A stretch of DNA of 62,821 bases, filler included, from Octopus bimaculoides (GCF_001194135.2; 8 parts of 7 records of this genome joined end to end with filler, not necessarily neighbours in it); one strand, 5' to 3'; counted from the whole stretch's first letter, positions 36,034-50,994 are shown. Translations and numbers: made by a program. Notes: generated by a model not told the origin, from the sequence alone.

Positions 36034-36466
36034 ATCCAAGGATCGAGGAATAGGAAGAAAGTTACGTTCAAGCAATCCGTAGTAAATAATTTTAAAAGAC
36101 TTTCGGCGATAATAGTGGTTTATTGAGACGGAAGGTAGTAGATTGTTTTTTCGTATCGAAGTACGATAAACTGAAAAGATGTCCTTTTTATATTTCATGT
36201 CAACTGAGCAGGGTTGTCGGGTATGCGAATAGGAATATAAAAGTTAAGGAAGGGAGTGGATAAGATCTGGGCTACATATATTTCATAGCAAGCAGAACCT
36301 CGGAAGTGGTGAATATCTAAGCGAGACCAAATATATCTCAATGAAATGAAAGATTACATGGTCGCAAGGAGGTACATGTTAACACATGGAAGATTCAATT
36401 AGAATGTGTAGAGACCAGAGAAGGAGAGGAGAATATAAATGTATAGATAAATAAGGATTAAAAGAA

Positions 36467-36497
<31 letters not shown>

Positions 36498-37015
36498 CGT
36501 ATAAGAAGGGATGACCACTAAGTGGACATCCATTATGCTAGAAATAGACCATCTACGATCAAAGCACAAAAGGAAAAGAATGTTCTTTAGAAAAAATTCA
36601 GCACACACCAGAATATAAACGGGCAAGCCAAATGAAAATATACAAAATAAAGAATTCATCGTAGACCAGGTTTCGCCATTACGCAATTATTACTTACGTA
36701 ATCTCCAATGTAATCGGTACAACTGTGTAAATGTCTAATTTTATGTGGACAACGTGTATATTTCTGCAACTTATATTGAATTAGAGCGGTCGTACTGAAG
36801 AGCCACGGACGTGTTACGTAAGTAGTAATTGCGTTAATGGCGAAACCTGGTCTACGATTAATTCTTTATTTTGCATATTTTCATTTGGCCTGCCCGTTTA
36901 TGTTCTGGTGTGTGCTGAATTTTTTCTAGGGAACATTCTTTTCCTTTTGTGGTTTGATCGTAGATGGTCTATTTCTAGTATAATGGATGTCCACTTAGTG
37001 GTCATCTCTTCTTAT
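36030..37015. mobile_element. Penelope-like element remnant with inverted pseudo-LTR arms
   Basis: About 200-bp inverted arms at 36500-36701 and 36814-37015; the plus side carries the full HHR and the minus arm only its 3' half. The PLE call is an inference from HHR plus inversion; extension to 36030 is tentative and no RT/GIY-YIG ORF was seen. Confidence 0.5.
36789..36858 (+). ncRNA. Type I hammerhead ribozyme motif, intact core
   Basis: Stem I GTCGTA/TACGAT; core CTGAAGA 36795-36801; stem II GCCA/TGGC with a long loop; GAAA 36842-36845; near-palindromic stem III ACCTGGT; cleavage triplet GTC 36850-36852. Confidence 0.75.
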
Positions 37016-37129
37016 ATGCATGTAATACAATTTTTCTGGATTTTCAGAATTTTCTTTATGCTAGACCACTGGTTTTAAATTGGTGTTAATTAGATTAATA
37101 TCCAATTTATCACCCTTATTATTTAAATT

Positions 37130-37163
<34 letters not shown>

Positions 37164-37947
37164 CTCACACCATTTATTATGCATAAGGTTTGAATAACCT
37201 GAGACTATGGCAGAAGATATCTAAAGTATTATTGCAAAGTGGGATCGAACTCGGAGACACATAATATATGTCAGTAGGAGTGTATGTGCGTGCGTGTATT
37301 AGCGAATTGTTAACTGTGACACATTCCACACTACTGAAGAACCTTCTAGCATTAAAATAAATGAGGTCTCGATTTCCAGTTTCTCTGTTCCTGTCTTTCA
37401 GTCAAGGAAACAAGTCATGAAGTGTCGGAGGGATTACATCAGTTGGGAGGGAGGTGGCCGTCATTTTTTGTTTTTCAGAAAACCACAAAGTGTTTTGGAG
37501 TTGCATTTCTATCTTCTAAATATATTGTGTTATATTGGTTGAGCAGTGATTTTATTACATTATAACGTGAGTTCACTTTCTTACTACGGCACTTGGTTTT
37601 CAAATGTATTTCAGGAGAAGAATCGATAGGAAACAGATTGTAATCAACGAGAGATATATCCACCTATATATATATTGGACGGTCCAGTAACTATGCTATT
37701 GAAAGGTTATTTGAAAACATTTTCATGATTTATTTCATATATCATTTTGCATATTTTAATTATTTAACAGATAGAAATCCATATACGAAATTCTCCGTTA
37801 TTTACTAAATAATGATTCACTTTTCGACACAATCGATCCATGACATATTTTCATGAATTATTTTATTTTTATTGATTGACAAACACGAAGGCAGCTTTGG
37901 TCAAATAATGGAAGGCTAGACCAGGTATATTTTATTGCTACAAGATA

Positions 37948-38014
<67 letters not shown>

Positions 38015-39382
38015 TGAGAGAGGGAGAGAGAAACTACTACTACGACTAAATTACGGTGGAATTTCAAAATCGCGAATGGCTTCCTAACATGTTCCAAGAT
38101 TTCACGAAATTTTTTAGATACCCGTTTAGTCGTAAGCAGACATAAGCACATTCTGGTTTTTGAAATCTTTGAAGCCAAGAAGCACATCTTGGATGCGTCA
38201 CATGAAGAGAAGAAGAGAAAGGTGAGAGAGAGGGATGGAGAGGGTGAGAATGGAATGAGAGTTGCAATGACTTCATTTGAGTTGACTGGAGTAAAGTCAA
38301 ATGAAATGCGCTGCTGAAATACTCTGCGCTCTCTTCTGTAAAAGAGTCCAACACACCAATGCGCCTTGAATTTTTTCCCTTTTCTCTATTTCTCCCACAC
38401 ACACATACTAAATACATACAAATAAAACCGTAAATGTAGATTACGTCATATTTCTGTGGAAGACATCACACATAATTAGCAGCTGCCCATCAACGTACTA
38501 CCTCCCTATGCGACATGGCATTGTCGCAAAAACAACATACAATGCAATTCAAAAAAAAAAAGATCGTCTCGGAATAAATATACAGAATCCCTCTGTTATT
38601 GGATGCATACATAAATACCAGAACAATGAGTACTGGTGGAACATTCACATCAAAGCCTCAAGCCAATTCGTTAATCTAATATTGGCTTCAAACTTTAGGC
38701 ACAAGCCCAGTAATTTTGAGGATAGGGTTAAGCTTATTACATACACCCTAACGTTCAAATGGTACTTATTTTATCGACCGTAAAAATGACCCCAGCAGTG
38801 TTTGAACTCAGAACTTAAAGATGGACGAAATGCCACTAAGCATTTTCCTTGGCATGCTAACAATTCTGCCAGCTCACCGCCTTACTTAGTCTAATCTTCA
38901 GATCATTATACTCGCGCGAATCCTACCTGTTTGGGGAGCTGTGTAAATGTCCTCTAACTGCCCTCCGTTTTAATAATAAAGAATTCCTCTTAATTTTCAG
39001 GAAATTTTTCTGGATTTAAAATAACAAAAAAGAAAATAAAGATTTGATGTATTTTATCTGGTGTTTTCGTTGGTTAAAATATTTATTTGGGATTTCTTTT
39101 TAAATAAATTTTTTTTTACCATACGGGGAGGTTTATGTTTATAATTAGAGCTGATGGTATTATATCTCGACAAACATGCACGGCCATGCTCAAAATAGGC
39201 TTTCAACCATATCTTATAAAGTTATTTAATAAAGTATAATTAAAAAATATAGTTGAAATTAGCCTGCACATAATAAAGTTTCTGATGTTTTTTTTCACTT
39301 TAGTGATGAATAAATAAATGTTTACGCTAATAAATAAATATCTGCTATTAACATGAATTAGCGTCAATATTTTTGATTCGCA

Positions 39383-39598
39383 AAGGCGGCGATCTGGTAG
39401 AAACGTTAGCACGTCGGGCGAACTGCTTAGCGGTATTTCGTCTGTCTTTACGTTCTGAGTTCAAATTCCGCCGAGGTCGACTTTGCCTTTCATCCTTTTG
39501 GGGTCGATCAATTAAGTACCAGTTGCGCACTGTGGTCGATCTAATCGTCTGGTCCTCTCCCCCAAAATTTCGGGCCTTGTGCCTAGAGTAGAAGAGAA
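39383..39598 (+). mobile_element. tRNA-derived SINE family A, full length
   Basis: aaggcggcga.ctgg.agaaacgttagcacg..gagttcaaattccgccgaggtcgactttgcctttcatcc..aaatttcgggccttgtgcc. Other copies or fragments at about 1483-1590(-), 8268-8450(-), 8497-8640(-), 8666-8840(-), 25393-25562(-), 25575-25695(-), 38735-38885(-), 42625-42815(-), 42847-43040(+), 52139-52350(+). Confidence 0.85.
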
Positions 39599-40366
39599 TA
39601 TTTCTAATCCCCTACTCTTGACAATTAAATCTTAAATAACATTCTTCAGTTAATAATTAGTCAGTGATTAAATCTATAATGACATAATCCAGAATGTTTA
39701 GTAAACAATGAAATCATCCCTCAAAAAATAAATCCACTCTGAGATAGATTTAGAAACATTTTGGATTAAACTATGATAAATGCCGCGAATGGACAATGAT
39801 AAAGTGGTTACTTCTCGGGAATTGAACCTGCAACATCGTTTTCATTATCCAGCGACAATTCAATTATTTACGGTATCAATGTTTTCAGAATTCCTCGCCA
39901 ACAAAATATTGGTCTATCCGAGACCAGAGCAGAAAACTTTTGCTGAAACTGCTGATATCGATCCTCCATCTGTGTATTTATGAATTGAACTTCTGAAGCA
40001 ATCCAAAGCATCTTTACACAGTCTTGAACACTTGAAATACACTGATTAATGTATTTAAATATTTTCTGTCAATCTCCATTAAAAAGAAATACATTCTACG
40101 TTAAACTGCATTGTGTAATTTATCTCACAGATCACGTATTGAAAATTGGCTGGAAATGACAGAGAGACTTTCTGTCAAACGTTACTCATTCAACAGTGAA
40201 ATGGCTACAGTAATTCTTGGAGACACATTTGTCTGCAGATAATTACATTGCTGAATGTGCCGGAAATGATTCTTTGAATCTGAGGGCGACACGAGAATCT
40301 TCATTACTTTCTTTCTTTCTTTCTTTCAGCCTTTCTCGTTATTCTCTTTTGTTTTGTAAACACACA

Positions 40367-40401
<35 letters not shown>

Positions 40402-40619
40402 ATCACTATTCCATGTCATTTACTGTATCCATTATATCGATTTTTCTCTTACCTCCTCAACGAAATACAGGTTAAAATATCTATCTACTATTAATAGTGT
40501 GTTGAAATTCTCTATATATATAACCTACAAGTCAACATGATGTTTACGGTGCATGGCTGATTTGTATCAACTTTTCTATTTCTGTGTTACAACACAATCT
40601 CTCTCCATTCCTACACTAA

Positions 40620-40880
40620 GATCTCCCCACCTATATTATGCACTACTCGCACCCCCCACCACATGCTCTCACCTCCCTTACATAATGCGCTCATCTCCCC
40701 ATACTATGCTCTCATCTCCCCCAAACTAAGCTCTCACCACCCCCACGTTGTTCTCCAGCCCCCCACACTATGCTTTTACCTCGCCTATACTACGCTCTCA
40801 TCCTCCCCACATTATGATCTCACCTCTGTTACACTGTGCTCTATCTCCCCCATATTATGCTCTCCCACCCCTACATCATG
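40620..40880. repeat. Degenerate C-rich minisatellite of about 21 bp
   Basis: Recurring ctatgctctca(t/c)ctcccc(a)ca-like units. Confidence 0.65.
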
Positions 40881-42057
40881 CTCCTCCGGTCCCCAGACTA
40901 CTCCCTCCTTTCTTTTCTTTCGCTGCTACCACACCTTTCCCCTTCCACATATCTGCTTGTTCCCCATGCCATATAGCCCCTATCCCTACACTAGACTACT
41001 CCACCCTCAAACCTATCAAAGACAACCATCTAATCCTTTATCACAATGTAAGATCTGTTTTCATTCCAAGACGGTTCTAACGGTTCCTTTCCTGTCATTC
41101 AAAAAATATTCTATATTCCAGCACGACCAAATGTGTACTGTTAACAGTGTTGTAATTTATCCTATACCATGTCCTATCGAATAGAACCATGAATAAAATA
41201 CTTCCAGCCACGACAATACTGCCTTTTTGTTTGTCTAAGACAGTATTAGCCAATACCGCAGCTAAATTATTACTTTTCTTGAAAATGGCTGGAATGAAAC
41301 AACAATCTCTTCATTTACTGAGATTACTGAGCTAATAAGTTGACTGTTAATACCTCTCCCCTCATTCTTTCACTTTCTCCCCCATGTTACATGCATATAG
41401 TTTCATTTTTCATGAAAATTTATGTTTGTAAAGATAAATATTTTGCTAAAACACAAAGCAGAACGTTTATGCTACACAAGAGAGTTATCAATAACTGCCT
41501 GGATAGACTGCTACAATTGGAATATAAATAGACAGCTAAACGGGCTGGTTATAACAATTATGTAGATAGATAGCTACATAGGACAGTTATCAATAGCTAC
41601 ATAGAGACACTGTATATTGATGAATTCACAAATTAATCATTTCAGTAACATTCTCTACTTTACTTGGGGAGTTTTCTCTTTTAATAATTGGATCGAAGAT
41701 TTGATTAAGATTGAAAAAAGAAAATGTCACAAAAACGAATACAATCGGTGAAACGCAATGGTTCTGGATCTAATTTAGAGAACGATAGATTAAAGGGCAA
41801 AAAAACAAACAAAAAAAAAACAGAGTAAAGAGAGTAAGGTACAAAAAGCGAACAGAAAGTAATAATGGTAGAAAGTCAGAAGATAGTTTAAGAAAAAAAT
41901 TACCAGATTTACAGAATAAAGATTTCCTGCGACACAAATACACAGAATGTAAAAAAAAAAAAAAAAAANNNNNNNNNNNNNNNNNNNNNNNNNNNNNNNN
42001 NNNNNNNNNNNNNNNNNNNNNNNNNNNNNNNNNNNNNNNNNNNNNNNNNNNNNNNNN

Positions 42058-42104
<47 letters not shown>

Positions 42105-42124
42105 ACACACACACGCACGCACAC

Positions 42125-42175
<51 letters not shown>

Positions 42176-44470
42176 CACACACACACACATAAACTCGATG
42201 TAGAAAAGTAGAAGGTTTAGTGTTAGTTAAATACTTACAAAGTATGTATGATATTTAGCAAGAAGAGTAAATGAAAAGTTGTAATAAAGAGAAAGGAAGC
42301 CTGAAAGAGAGTAAAAATAAATGGAGTTTTTATCTGATTTTGAGGGAGACGAAAGATAAACAACGAATATGTTGCAGTGACTTGCAACGATAGAGATGTA
42401 TAATCGACCATAAAACAAAATTAGGTTTGTATCGCAATGACCTGTGTTCAAATCCCACAACCAACTATTTGATGCTTCTGCAATAAGAAACTAACAGGAA
42501 ATACCTTCCTGTAAACTACAGGAGGATGACTCTGCTTGAGCTACTATAAATTGTGAATAGTGCTCTTTATTTTAATATATTTTACTCCATTAATTTCAAT
42601 AGCTTAATATTGCTTTCACATTTTGCGACAAGACCAGCAATTTCGGGGAAAGCGGCTAAGTTGACCCCAGTGTTCGACTGGCCCTTATTTTATCGATACT
42701 GAAAGGATGAAAAACAAAGTCGACCTCGACAGAATTTGAACTCAGAACATAAAGACGGATGAAATGGCGCTAAACATTTCGTCCGACGCGATAACGGTTC
42801 CGTCGGTTCTCTGCCTTTCATCAGTTTAATATTAGGGAGAGAAATACGGCGGCGAGCGGGCAGAATGGTTAACACACCATGCAAAGTGCTTAGCGGTATT
42901 TCGTTCGTCTTTACGTTTTGAGTTCAAATTCTGCCGAGAACGGCTTTGCCGTCTAGCCTTTCGAGGTCAATAAAATAAGTACCAGTTCAGCACTGGAGGT
43001 TGATAGAATCAACTTCAGCATCCTTTCAAAAACAGTTGGCATTCTGGTAAAATCAGAAAAGAATACTATTGGCACCAATGCTAACCATAACCTCCAACTC
43101 TAACTAATGTAATCAAACATTGCTGCTGAAAATATTATATCACCCTAATTTCATTGCTAAGAGGAGACTATTAAATAAAGAAGTTAGATCAATAAAAAGA
43201 CAATGCCTTATCTCTCAGGCAAGACTTGTGTGTTAACAACAACAATATCACTGTCGCTAGAACATGATACGATATGCATAGGTCTGTACTATTGCCTCTG
43301 TATTTATACATTTTCTATGAGTAATTTTTATGTTTAGACCGTAGGTTGACCAACATATGATATACTAAATAGTACTCATCTATGTCGATAATACCCAAAT
43401 AACCTACGAAAGCGGTAACGAAGAACGCTGTAAAAAAGTCAATGTAGATATAAACATTTTTTTTCCTTCAGTAGTAATTAGTGAAAATATAACCAAAATA
43501 ATAATCAAAGCGAGACTTGTTAAGCTTCATTTCGGTTTGAACAATCGAAGAGTCTAACTAGTAACAACAACAGCTTCAACATTTTACTCTCTGAATTGGT
43601 TAAATAAGTTGACAGACACGTGTTCCTTCTCTAGATTTTAGGAGTCAGGGTTGGTAAAAATATTATTTTGTGCCATGTTTTTCTGTAACAAAATAGTGTT
43701 CACTATGTATCAGGTCGTATGATGATCATGAATTCCTTCAACACGTCCAGCAACTAAACTTCGGTGTACAATTTAATCCTGTTTGCACAGAATTTCTGTT
43801 AAGTTCTTGCTGCAAAGCTTGTGTCCGGCTGTTTTTGTACTTTTTATGCACAAAAGTAAGGAATATTAATAAGACACATTTTTAATCTCTGATACATAAT
43901 TTGAAGCGAGCGATCTCGATATTTTTCTAATTTAGGTAAAAAAAGTAAGAAGAATTTTAATTAAAGAAAGCATATCGAAAAAGGAAGCTGTTATTCATCG
44001 AAGAATAGTGTCAGGTTTTATTAAATGTCATCTGCAGCGTTAGTTTCATAATGCCTGCAACCACGTCTCTCTGTTGGACTTCTGTAACTTTAAGTAATCA
44101 ATAAGAAGACTATTAGTGTCAATGTATTCCAGTACACGTATTTACGTTACACAAACATATACATCTTTACGATTCCATCTGCTTCAGTGATTACCGTTGC
44201 CTATTGAGTGAACACATTGCTGTGATTGGTCGTTCTGCACAGTTCAAACATGGACTGCATTTTAAGGAGAAATGACTGGGAAGGGATTGTCATTATAAAG
44301 ATGGACGTATAGATGGTAGGACCATGATGTAGAATATATGAATAATTAATCACTGAGATTGGCTTTTGCTAAAGTTGGCTTTAATTAAACTGTAATATCA
44401 GTTGAGTGATATGATCGCTGCAAAGATTTTGTTGGATGTAGTTTTGTAATGCCCCTGCAGAAAACCAATA

Positions 44471-44546
<76 letters not shown>

Positions 44547-45260
44547 NNNNNNNNNNNNNNNNNNNNNNNNNNNNNNNNNNNNNNNNNNNNNNNNNNNNNN
44601 NNNNNNNNNNNNNNNNNNNNNNNNNNNNNNNNNNNNNNNNNNNNNNNNNNNNNNNNNNNNNNNNNNNNNNNNNNNNNNNNNNNNNNNNNNNNNNNNNNNN
44701 NNNNNNNNNNNNNNNNNNNNNNNNNNNNNNNNNNNNNNNNNNNNNNNNNNNNNNNNNNNNNNNNNNNNNNNNNNNNNNNNNNNNNNNNNNNNNNNNNNNN
44801 NNNNNNNNNNNNNNNNNNNNNNNNNNNNNNNNNNNNNNNNNNNNNNNNNNNNNNNNNNNNNNNNNNNNNNNNNNNNNNNNNNNNNNNNNNNNNNNNNNNN
44901 NNNNNNNNNNNNNNNNNNNNNNNNNNNNNNNNNNNNNNNNNNNNNNNNNNNNNNNNNNNNNNNNNNNNNNNNNNNNNNNNNNNNNNNNNNNNNNNNNNNN
45001 NNNNNNNNNNNNNNNNNNNNNNNNNNNNNNNNNNNNNNNNNNNNNNNNNNNNNNNNNNNNNNNNNNNNNNNNNNNNNNNNNNNNNNNNNNNNNNNNNNNN
45101 NNNNNNNNNNNNNNNNNNNNNNNNNNNNNNNNNNNNNNNNNNNNNNNNNNNNNNNNNNNNNNNNNNNNNNNNNNNNNNNNNNNNNNNNNNNNNNNNNNNN
45201 NNNNNNNNNNNNNNNNNNNNNNNNNNNNNNNNNNNNNNNNNNNNNNNNNNNNNNNNNNNN

Positions 45261-45298
<38 letters not shown>

Positions 45299-48200
45299 TT
45301 TGTATATACATAATATATATATGCGTGAATATAAATATTGGTATATGTGTGTAAGAATGTGTGTGTATGTATGTATGTATGTATGTATATGGTAAGTATA
45401 TGTGTCGATTTATTTTCTCTTATCTTCCGAGTGTCTATTAAAATCCAGAAGTGAATCATTCCAGAACAGATATTCCATTTGATAAGCATTTAACGAGAAG
45501 CCAAAGACTATTGGATATTATAATAATAATCTTAAAGATTTAGCTATATTAATGTTTAATATAGAAATCAATAGGTACATATATGCTATATATATGTGTG
45601 CATGTGTGTTTGTGTGCGTTTGTATGTGTGTGTGTATTTATATACATATATGTATATACTATATACTTTTCGGTGAAGGTAATCCAGGCACCTATTTCAG
45701 AGATATCTCTTCAATAATAACATCACTTAGCGTTGGAGGAAAGGGGCATTCATATTGCTTAATCTCGTGTAATTAGGTAAATAATAACACTTGGGATATT
45801 TTACATATGGGCTGATTGACGTTTTCGGAATCGTTATGTATGATAAGATCTCTGTGAGACGTGTATAAATTTTCTGTAAACTATGGTAAATCAATAGTAG
45901 TTTTCCGTGAAATTTGGTGAAATGTTAAGTTCTTTGTGAATGGAAATATAATTCTCAGTCTTTAATGAACCATGACGTATTAGTGAGTTTTCTCTGAAAT
46001 TATAATATAACGGTATATTTTCTGTGGCTTCTGGTATAAATAAAAAATACTCTCTTGATCCTAGTGCAATAGCTAGTTCACTATAATCATTGAAGATATT
46101 CTGTGAGTCCTGATGTAGTGGTAAGACTCTGTGGCCCCTTGTTTGGGGATTAATTCCTTTGTATAGTGATCAATCCACTGTAAGGCATCGAATAATGCTA
46201 AAACCAAACGTTATTGCCAATTAGTACATAACTTGACACATAAGATGTGATGGGTAGATTGGCTGTTTTGGTCTTCTGTCATAAAATATTGAACTTCTGT
46301 GAAGTTGATGCAAATCAATATTTCGAGTGAGAAGAAATAAACGGCCAAGAAGGAGGTGACCAAGAATCAGACATACAACAGTCTTCCACCTCTATATTCT
46401 TCATTTATTTGTTGATGATCATAACTTCACTTTGGCATCTCTAAGGTCCACAATATGGAAACCAGTTATATAATGGGATCAGTAAAATAAGAACTAGCGA
46501 GAGATTGATTTAGTTTGTTATATTCCATATTCTTCGAATATACCCTTATCAAATATACCATTATTCTTCTAACCAGTGTGAAAATGGTAGACACTGATTA
46601 GAGTTAAGTCCTGGTGCGATTAATGGTATTCGTATTAGTAAATTGGTTGTGTCTGGTTTGCTGATATTGATAACTAACTTGAACTGTTTAATCTGCTGAT
46701 AAAAAGACAGGCTTGCTATCAAACAGCAACTACAGTAGCTGATGTCGTTGTGTGGGTTTGAACAAGGAAATCGAAGTCAGGTGTAGTGCGACAAATAATA
46801 TTTGTATACCTAACCATAGATTAAATTATACAAACATTAGAATATAGGGAGTAATCGTTTGCTTTAAACAGAATCTAATTCATTGAGACATTTGATGCTG
46901 ACATAAAATCAATGGGAATGTAAACACAGTGTTTGAATATTGAAGTAAATTTGAGCAATTTATTATGATTTATTATGATTTTTAATCGATGTCCCGATGT
47001 TCTTAAAGGTAGCTCCCTACTTTTGTTGGGGTTTCCTAGGGGTGGGTGACTTGTGATAGTAAACATCACACCTTCAACACGTTTAGTTTAATGAAAACAA
47101 TGGGATTGCCTGATTTTATACTTATATAGCAAAATGCTATTCTCCATTGCGCAGTTGTTGATATAATCGATTGTGAGTTCAAATCCTGCTGCAGTCAATT
47201 TTGTTACCTTTCTCGAGTTGACAGAATATTTCTAAGTGAAATGCTGGAGCCTATTTCATGAACGGGATCCCACCTCTATATTTACAAATTTTCATCGACA
47301 ACATATATCACGAACAAGTTATTGTCGGGATATAGAAATATTAGTTTCAAATTTTGCACAATGCCAGTAATTTTTTGTGGGTGGTGGATGCTAAGTCAAT
47401 AACTTAATAGTTAATTAAACGCTTAGCATCAGGTGCCGAAATCCTGCGCTCAAAGATCTCAGCTCAGTTATCAATGTAATACATCAATATCAAGAAATGT
47501 TGTTGACTGGCAAATTCTAAACGTTGTAGGTTTGTTTACATTCCCAGTAGAATTAATTCACTTCTTCATTCACAACATTAACAATTTGATAAATAGTGCA
47601 CAGACCTATTCACCTTTGCTTTAATTATATTGGACCAAAGCAGAAACACAAGTAGAGGGAGTGATTTGTCACAAAGAAATAATAATCGTACACTGTGAGC
47701 TGAGACTGTTTCACGTTCAGAAAAGATTATTTTTGATCGAATATCCTTTGAGAAGACCAAATACAAAACTAGCCATTTTAACGTATCCCTCATATTAAGG
47801 TTAAGATTCATAGAATAATGGGGTTTATTTTTCGAAAGACATTTGCATTAATAATTAATAATTATGTAGTTAAATTTGAGGTTTTGTAAAGCAAGTGATC
47901 TTGAAATGGATTGAAATAAATAGACAAAAATGCATTGGCCGTTTTTCAATGTATGCATCTGAAACTAATGGTGACTTTCTACAGAAACGAAATGGCAAAA
48001 GAAGGCGAACACTGCATTGCAAGAAATAAGTGTTCCAATGTGCGGAGAGTTTCTGCAGCTGAAGCGATTTTGCTTTAATTATGCCGCTTAAAACAGGATA
48101 AACATTGCAACCTCTCATTCCTTCTTCATAGGTCACTCTTGTGTAAAAATGATTATTCTTGCAAAATCTTTTGTCATATGAAAATGAGAGAACAATGGTA

Positions 48201-48351
48201 ACGTTCCACCTGATGGCACACCAATTATCACAACTTGTAGTTACCTTCAAACTTACTCTTACTTGTCTACTTTTTTAACTTCCACCCTTCCTCTCTGCTG
48301 CTTGTTCCTTGGTTCACTGAGTGTCTCACAACAAAAGCAAAATCTGACAAC

Positions 48352-48569
48352 ATTTTTTTCTACGCTGGGCACAAGCCCCGAACATTTTTGGGAGGGGGCC
48401 AGACGATTAGGTCGACCCCAGTACGTAACTGGTGTTTAATTTATCGTCCCCGAAAGGATGAAAGGCAAAGTCGACCTCGGCGGAATTTGAACTCAGAACG
48501 TAAAGACAGACGAAATACCGCTAAACATTTCACCCGGCGTGCTAACATTTCTGCCAGCTCGCCACCTTA
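48352..48569 (-). mobile_element. tRNA-derived SINE family A, full length
   Basis: Reverse complement of the 39383 copy. Confidence 0.85.
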
Positions 48570-50962
48570 AAAAATTCTGACAACATTGTAACCTCCGATA
48601 TGGTTAATCGCAATAGTTCAACATTCTCCTAGTAGGACATATTTTAGTCCAAGAGTTTAGAGTTTTTACGAGAGCTACACTAAGGAATTATGAACTCCTT
48701 GAGGTTCCGTTGGTCATTAGGCACAAGAATGGAGTATGAGAATCACAATCAGGATACAACTTTAGTCTGCGGTCTCATCTGACCTCTCATCATTTCAGCA
48801 CTGTTCAGTAAAGACGCGTCGCTAAGTAGTTAGGATATCCGGTCGGTTCATAATTGTAAGGTTGTGTGTTCGATTACCGGCAACACGTTGAACAAAACAC
48901 TTTATTTCACGTTATTGCAGTCCACCCAGCTGGTAAAATTGAGTTGTACCTGTATTCTTTGTCATGCTGAATCTGCCCGTGTTTGTGGAGTGCTCAGCCA
49001 CTTGCACATTGATTTCACGAGCAGGCTGCTCTGTTCAGTGGATCACCTGCAACACGCGTCAGCGTAACCGACGGAGACCCACTGCAGTTCATAAAGGCTG
49101 CTCGATATTTCACATGGAATATTTGTTTACTGAACGCCTCTCTTTATTGTTACAACATATCCTCTGTGGCTTATCCATTTTTAATTCTGAATTAGAATGG
49201 CATATTTAAACAGAAGAAATATGGATGCTTGTCTCAATTGAAATCTCTCCCATCTAAATTCGCTGATAAACCCTTTATTGGTTTCATAAATAGCCACTGT
49301 TTATATAACTGCCAACTTTAAGCTAATCGATAAATAATAATCTCTCTCCCCCCNNNNNNNNNNNNNNNNNNNNNNNNNNNNNNNNNNNNNNNNNNNNNNN
49401 NNNNNNNNNNNNNNNNNNNNNNNNNNNNNNNNNNNNNNNNNNNNNNNNNNNNNNNNNNNNNNNNNNNNNNNNNNNNNNNNNNNNNNNNNNNNNNNNNNNN
49501 NNNNNNNNNNNNNNNNNNNNNNNNNNNNNNNNNNNNNNNNNNNNNNNNNNNNNNNNNNNNNNNNNNNNNNNNNNNNNNNNNNNNNNNNNNNNNNNNNNNN
49601 NNNNNNNNNNNNNNNNNNNNNNNNNNNNNNNNNNNNNNNNNNNNNNNNNNNNNNNNNNNNNNNNNNNNNNNNNNNNNNNNNNNNNNNNNNNNNNNNNNNN
49701 NNNNNNNNNNNNNNNNTAAGATCTTTTATATGTTTTAGCAATTTCTTTCTGTTCAGATAAATAGCGTTTTGCTTGCCTTAGATTTAGTCTCGCTTTTATA
49801 CAGTCTCTGTTGAATTAAAATCATCTTTGGATGTATGGGCTTGAGTGGGGTGGTAATTAAGTTTTAGTTTGGGTTGTTATGGAAAACTTTTTTGAAAATT
49901 TTTAATTGATTGAATTTAGGATTATGTTATTGTTTAGAATTCATTCATGGAATCTTTTCGAACAGCTAAACTTGTTAATAACTCACCAACTCCAATCCAA
50001 CCACCTACACCATAAACCATCCCAATTCTATAAAAAAGAAACACTATTGAAGCTTCACACTTTTACACTAAACAAGTACTCAACAAATTAGCTAAAACTG
50101 CCCCTATCTCCAACTAAAGTCACCACAAAAGATTGTATAATAGAACTACACAAACCTACATACGCACACACATAAACCGTATGCTTGTATGCAAGCAAAC
50201 TGAAAAAACCCTTTCTTAAATTTTTTTTTTAATATTATATTTTTGTTCCCATTTCTGTACAGGAATATATACACACCTTCTATATCAATCTTACATAACC
50301 ATATATTTAGAATAGAATTTGAAGGAAACACTAAACAAACCCCAACTTCCCTATATACTGACCAAATTACTTATTGAACAATGAATACCCAAAGAGAAAC
50401 ATATGAACATACAACCTCAAATCAAATACTTTTTATGGATATCAAAGCACAAGAGAAACAATTTTCTAAACTAACAAAACAATGACATGCCTGAAAATAA
50501 CCACAACCTTACAAACGGAAACAAGGAATATTCTAAATCACAATAACAACAACAACAAGTAAATAAACAACCACCTTAAACTTACCACTTACCTATACTC
50601 TATTGTGAAATAAAGCGGACGCACCTTATATACTGGACTTTGTACCTTTGACCTTTACACTGATTAAATTCAACAATTAACAAACCTCGTGCCTACCAAG
50701 CAAACAAGAAACACCTACAGCCTTATTTACAAAGTTCTACATTCATGAATAAATTCTAAACAAGATCCAAATTTAATCAGAGTTTTTTTCTTTTTCCAAA
50801 ACACCTTTCCATTACAACCGACTATAAAAAGCCTAGTTACCATCCGTCTCAAACCCACACATCCTAAGATGACTTTTAACTCAACAGAGATTATATAAAG
50901 ACAAGACTTAGTGGATTTCCCCTTCGTGTATAATTTTAATACACACATATAATATATATAGT

Positions 50963-50994
<32 letters not shown>

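Noticed and set aside
38100-38420. Possible DDC promoter or 5' non-coding exon with a TGACGCA motif
   Set aside because: Only a weak donor and generic motifs; not supportable without transcript data.
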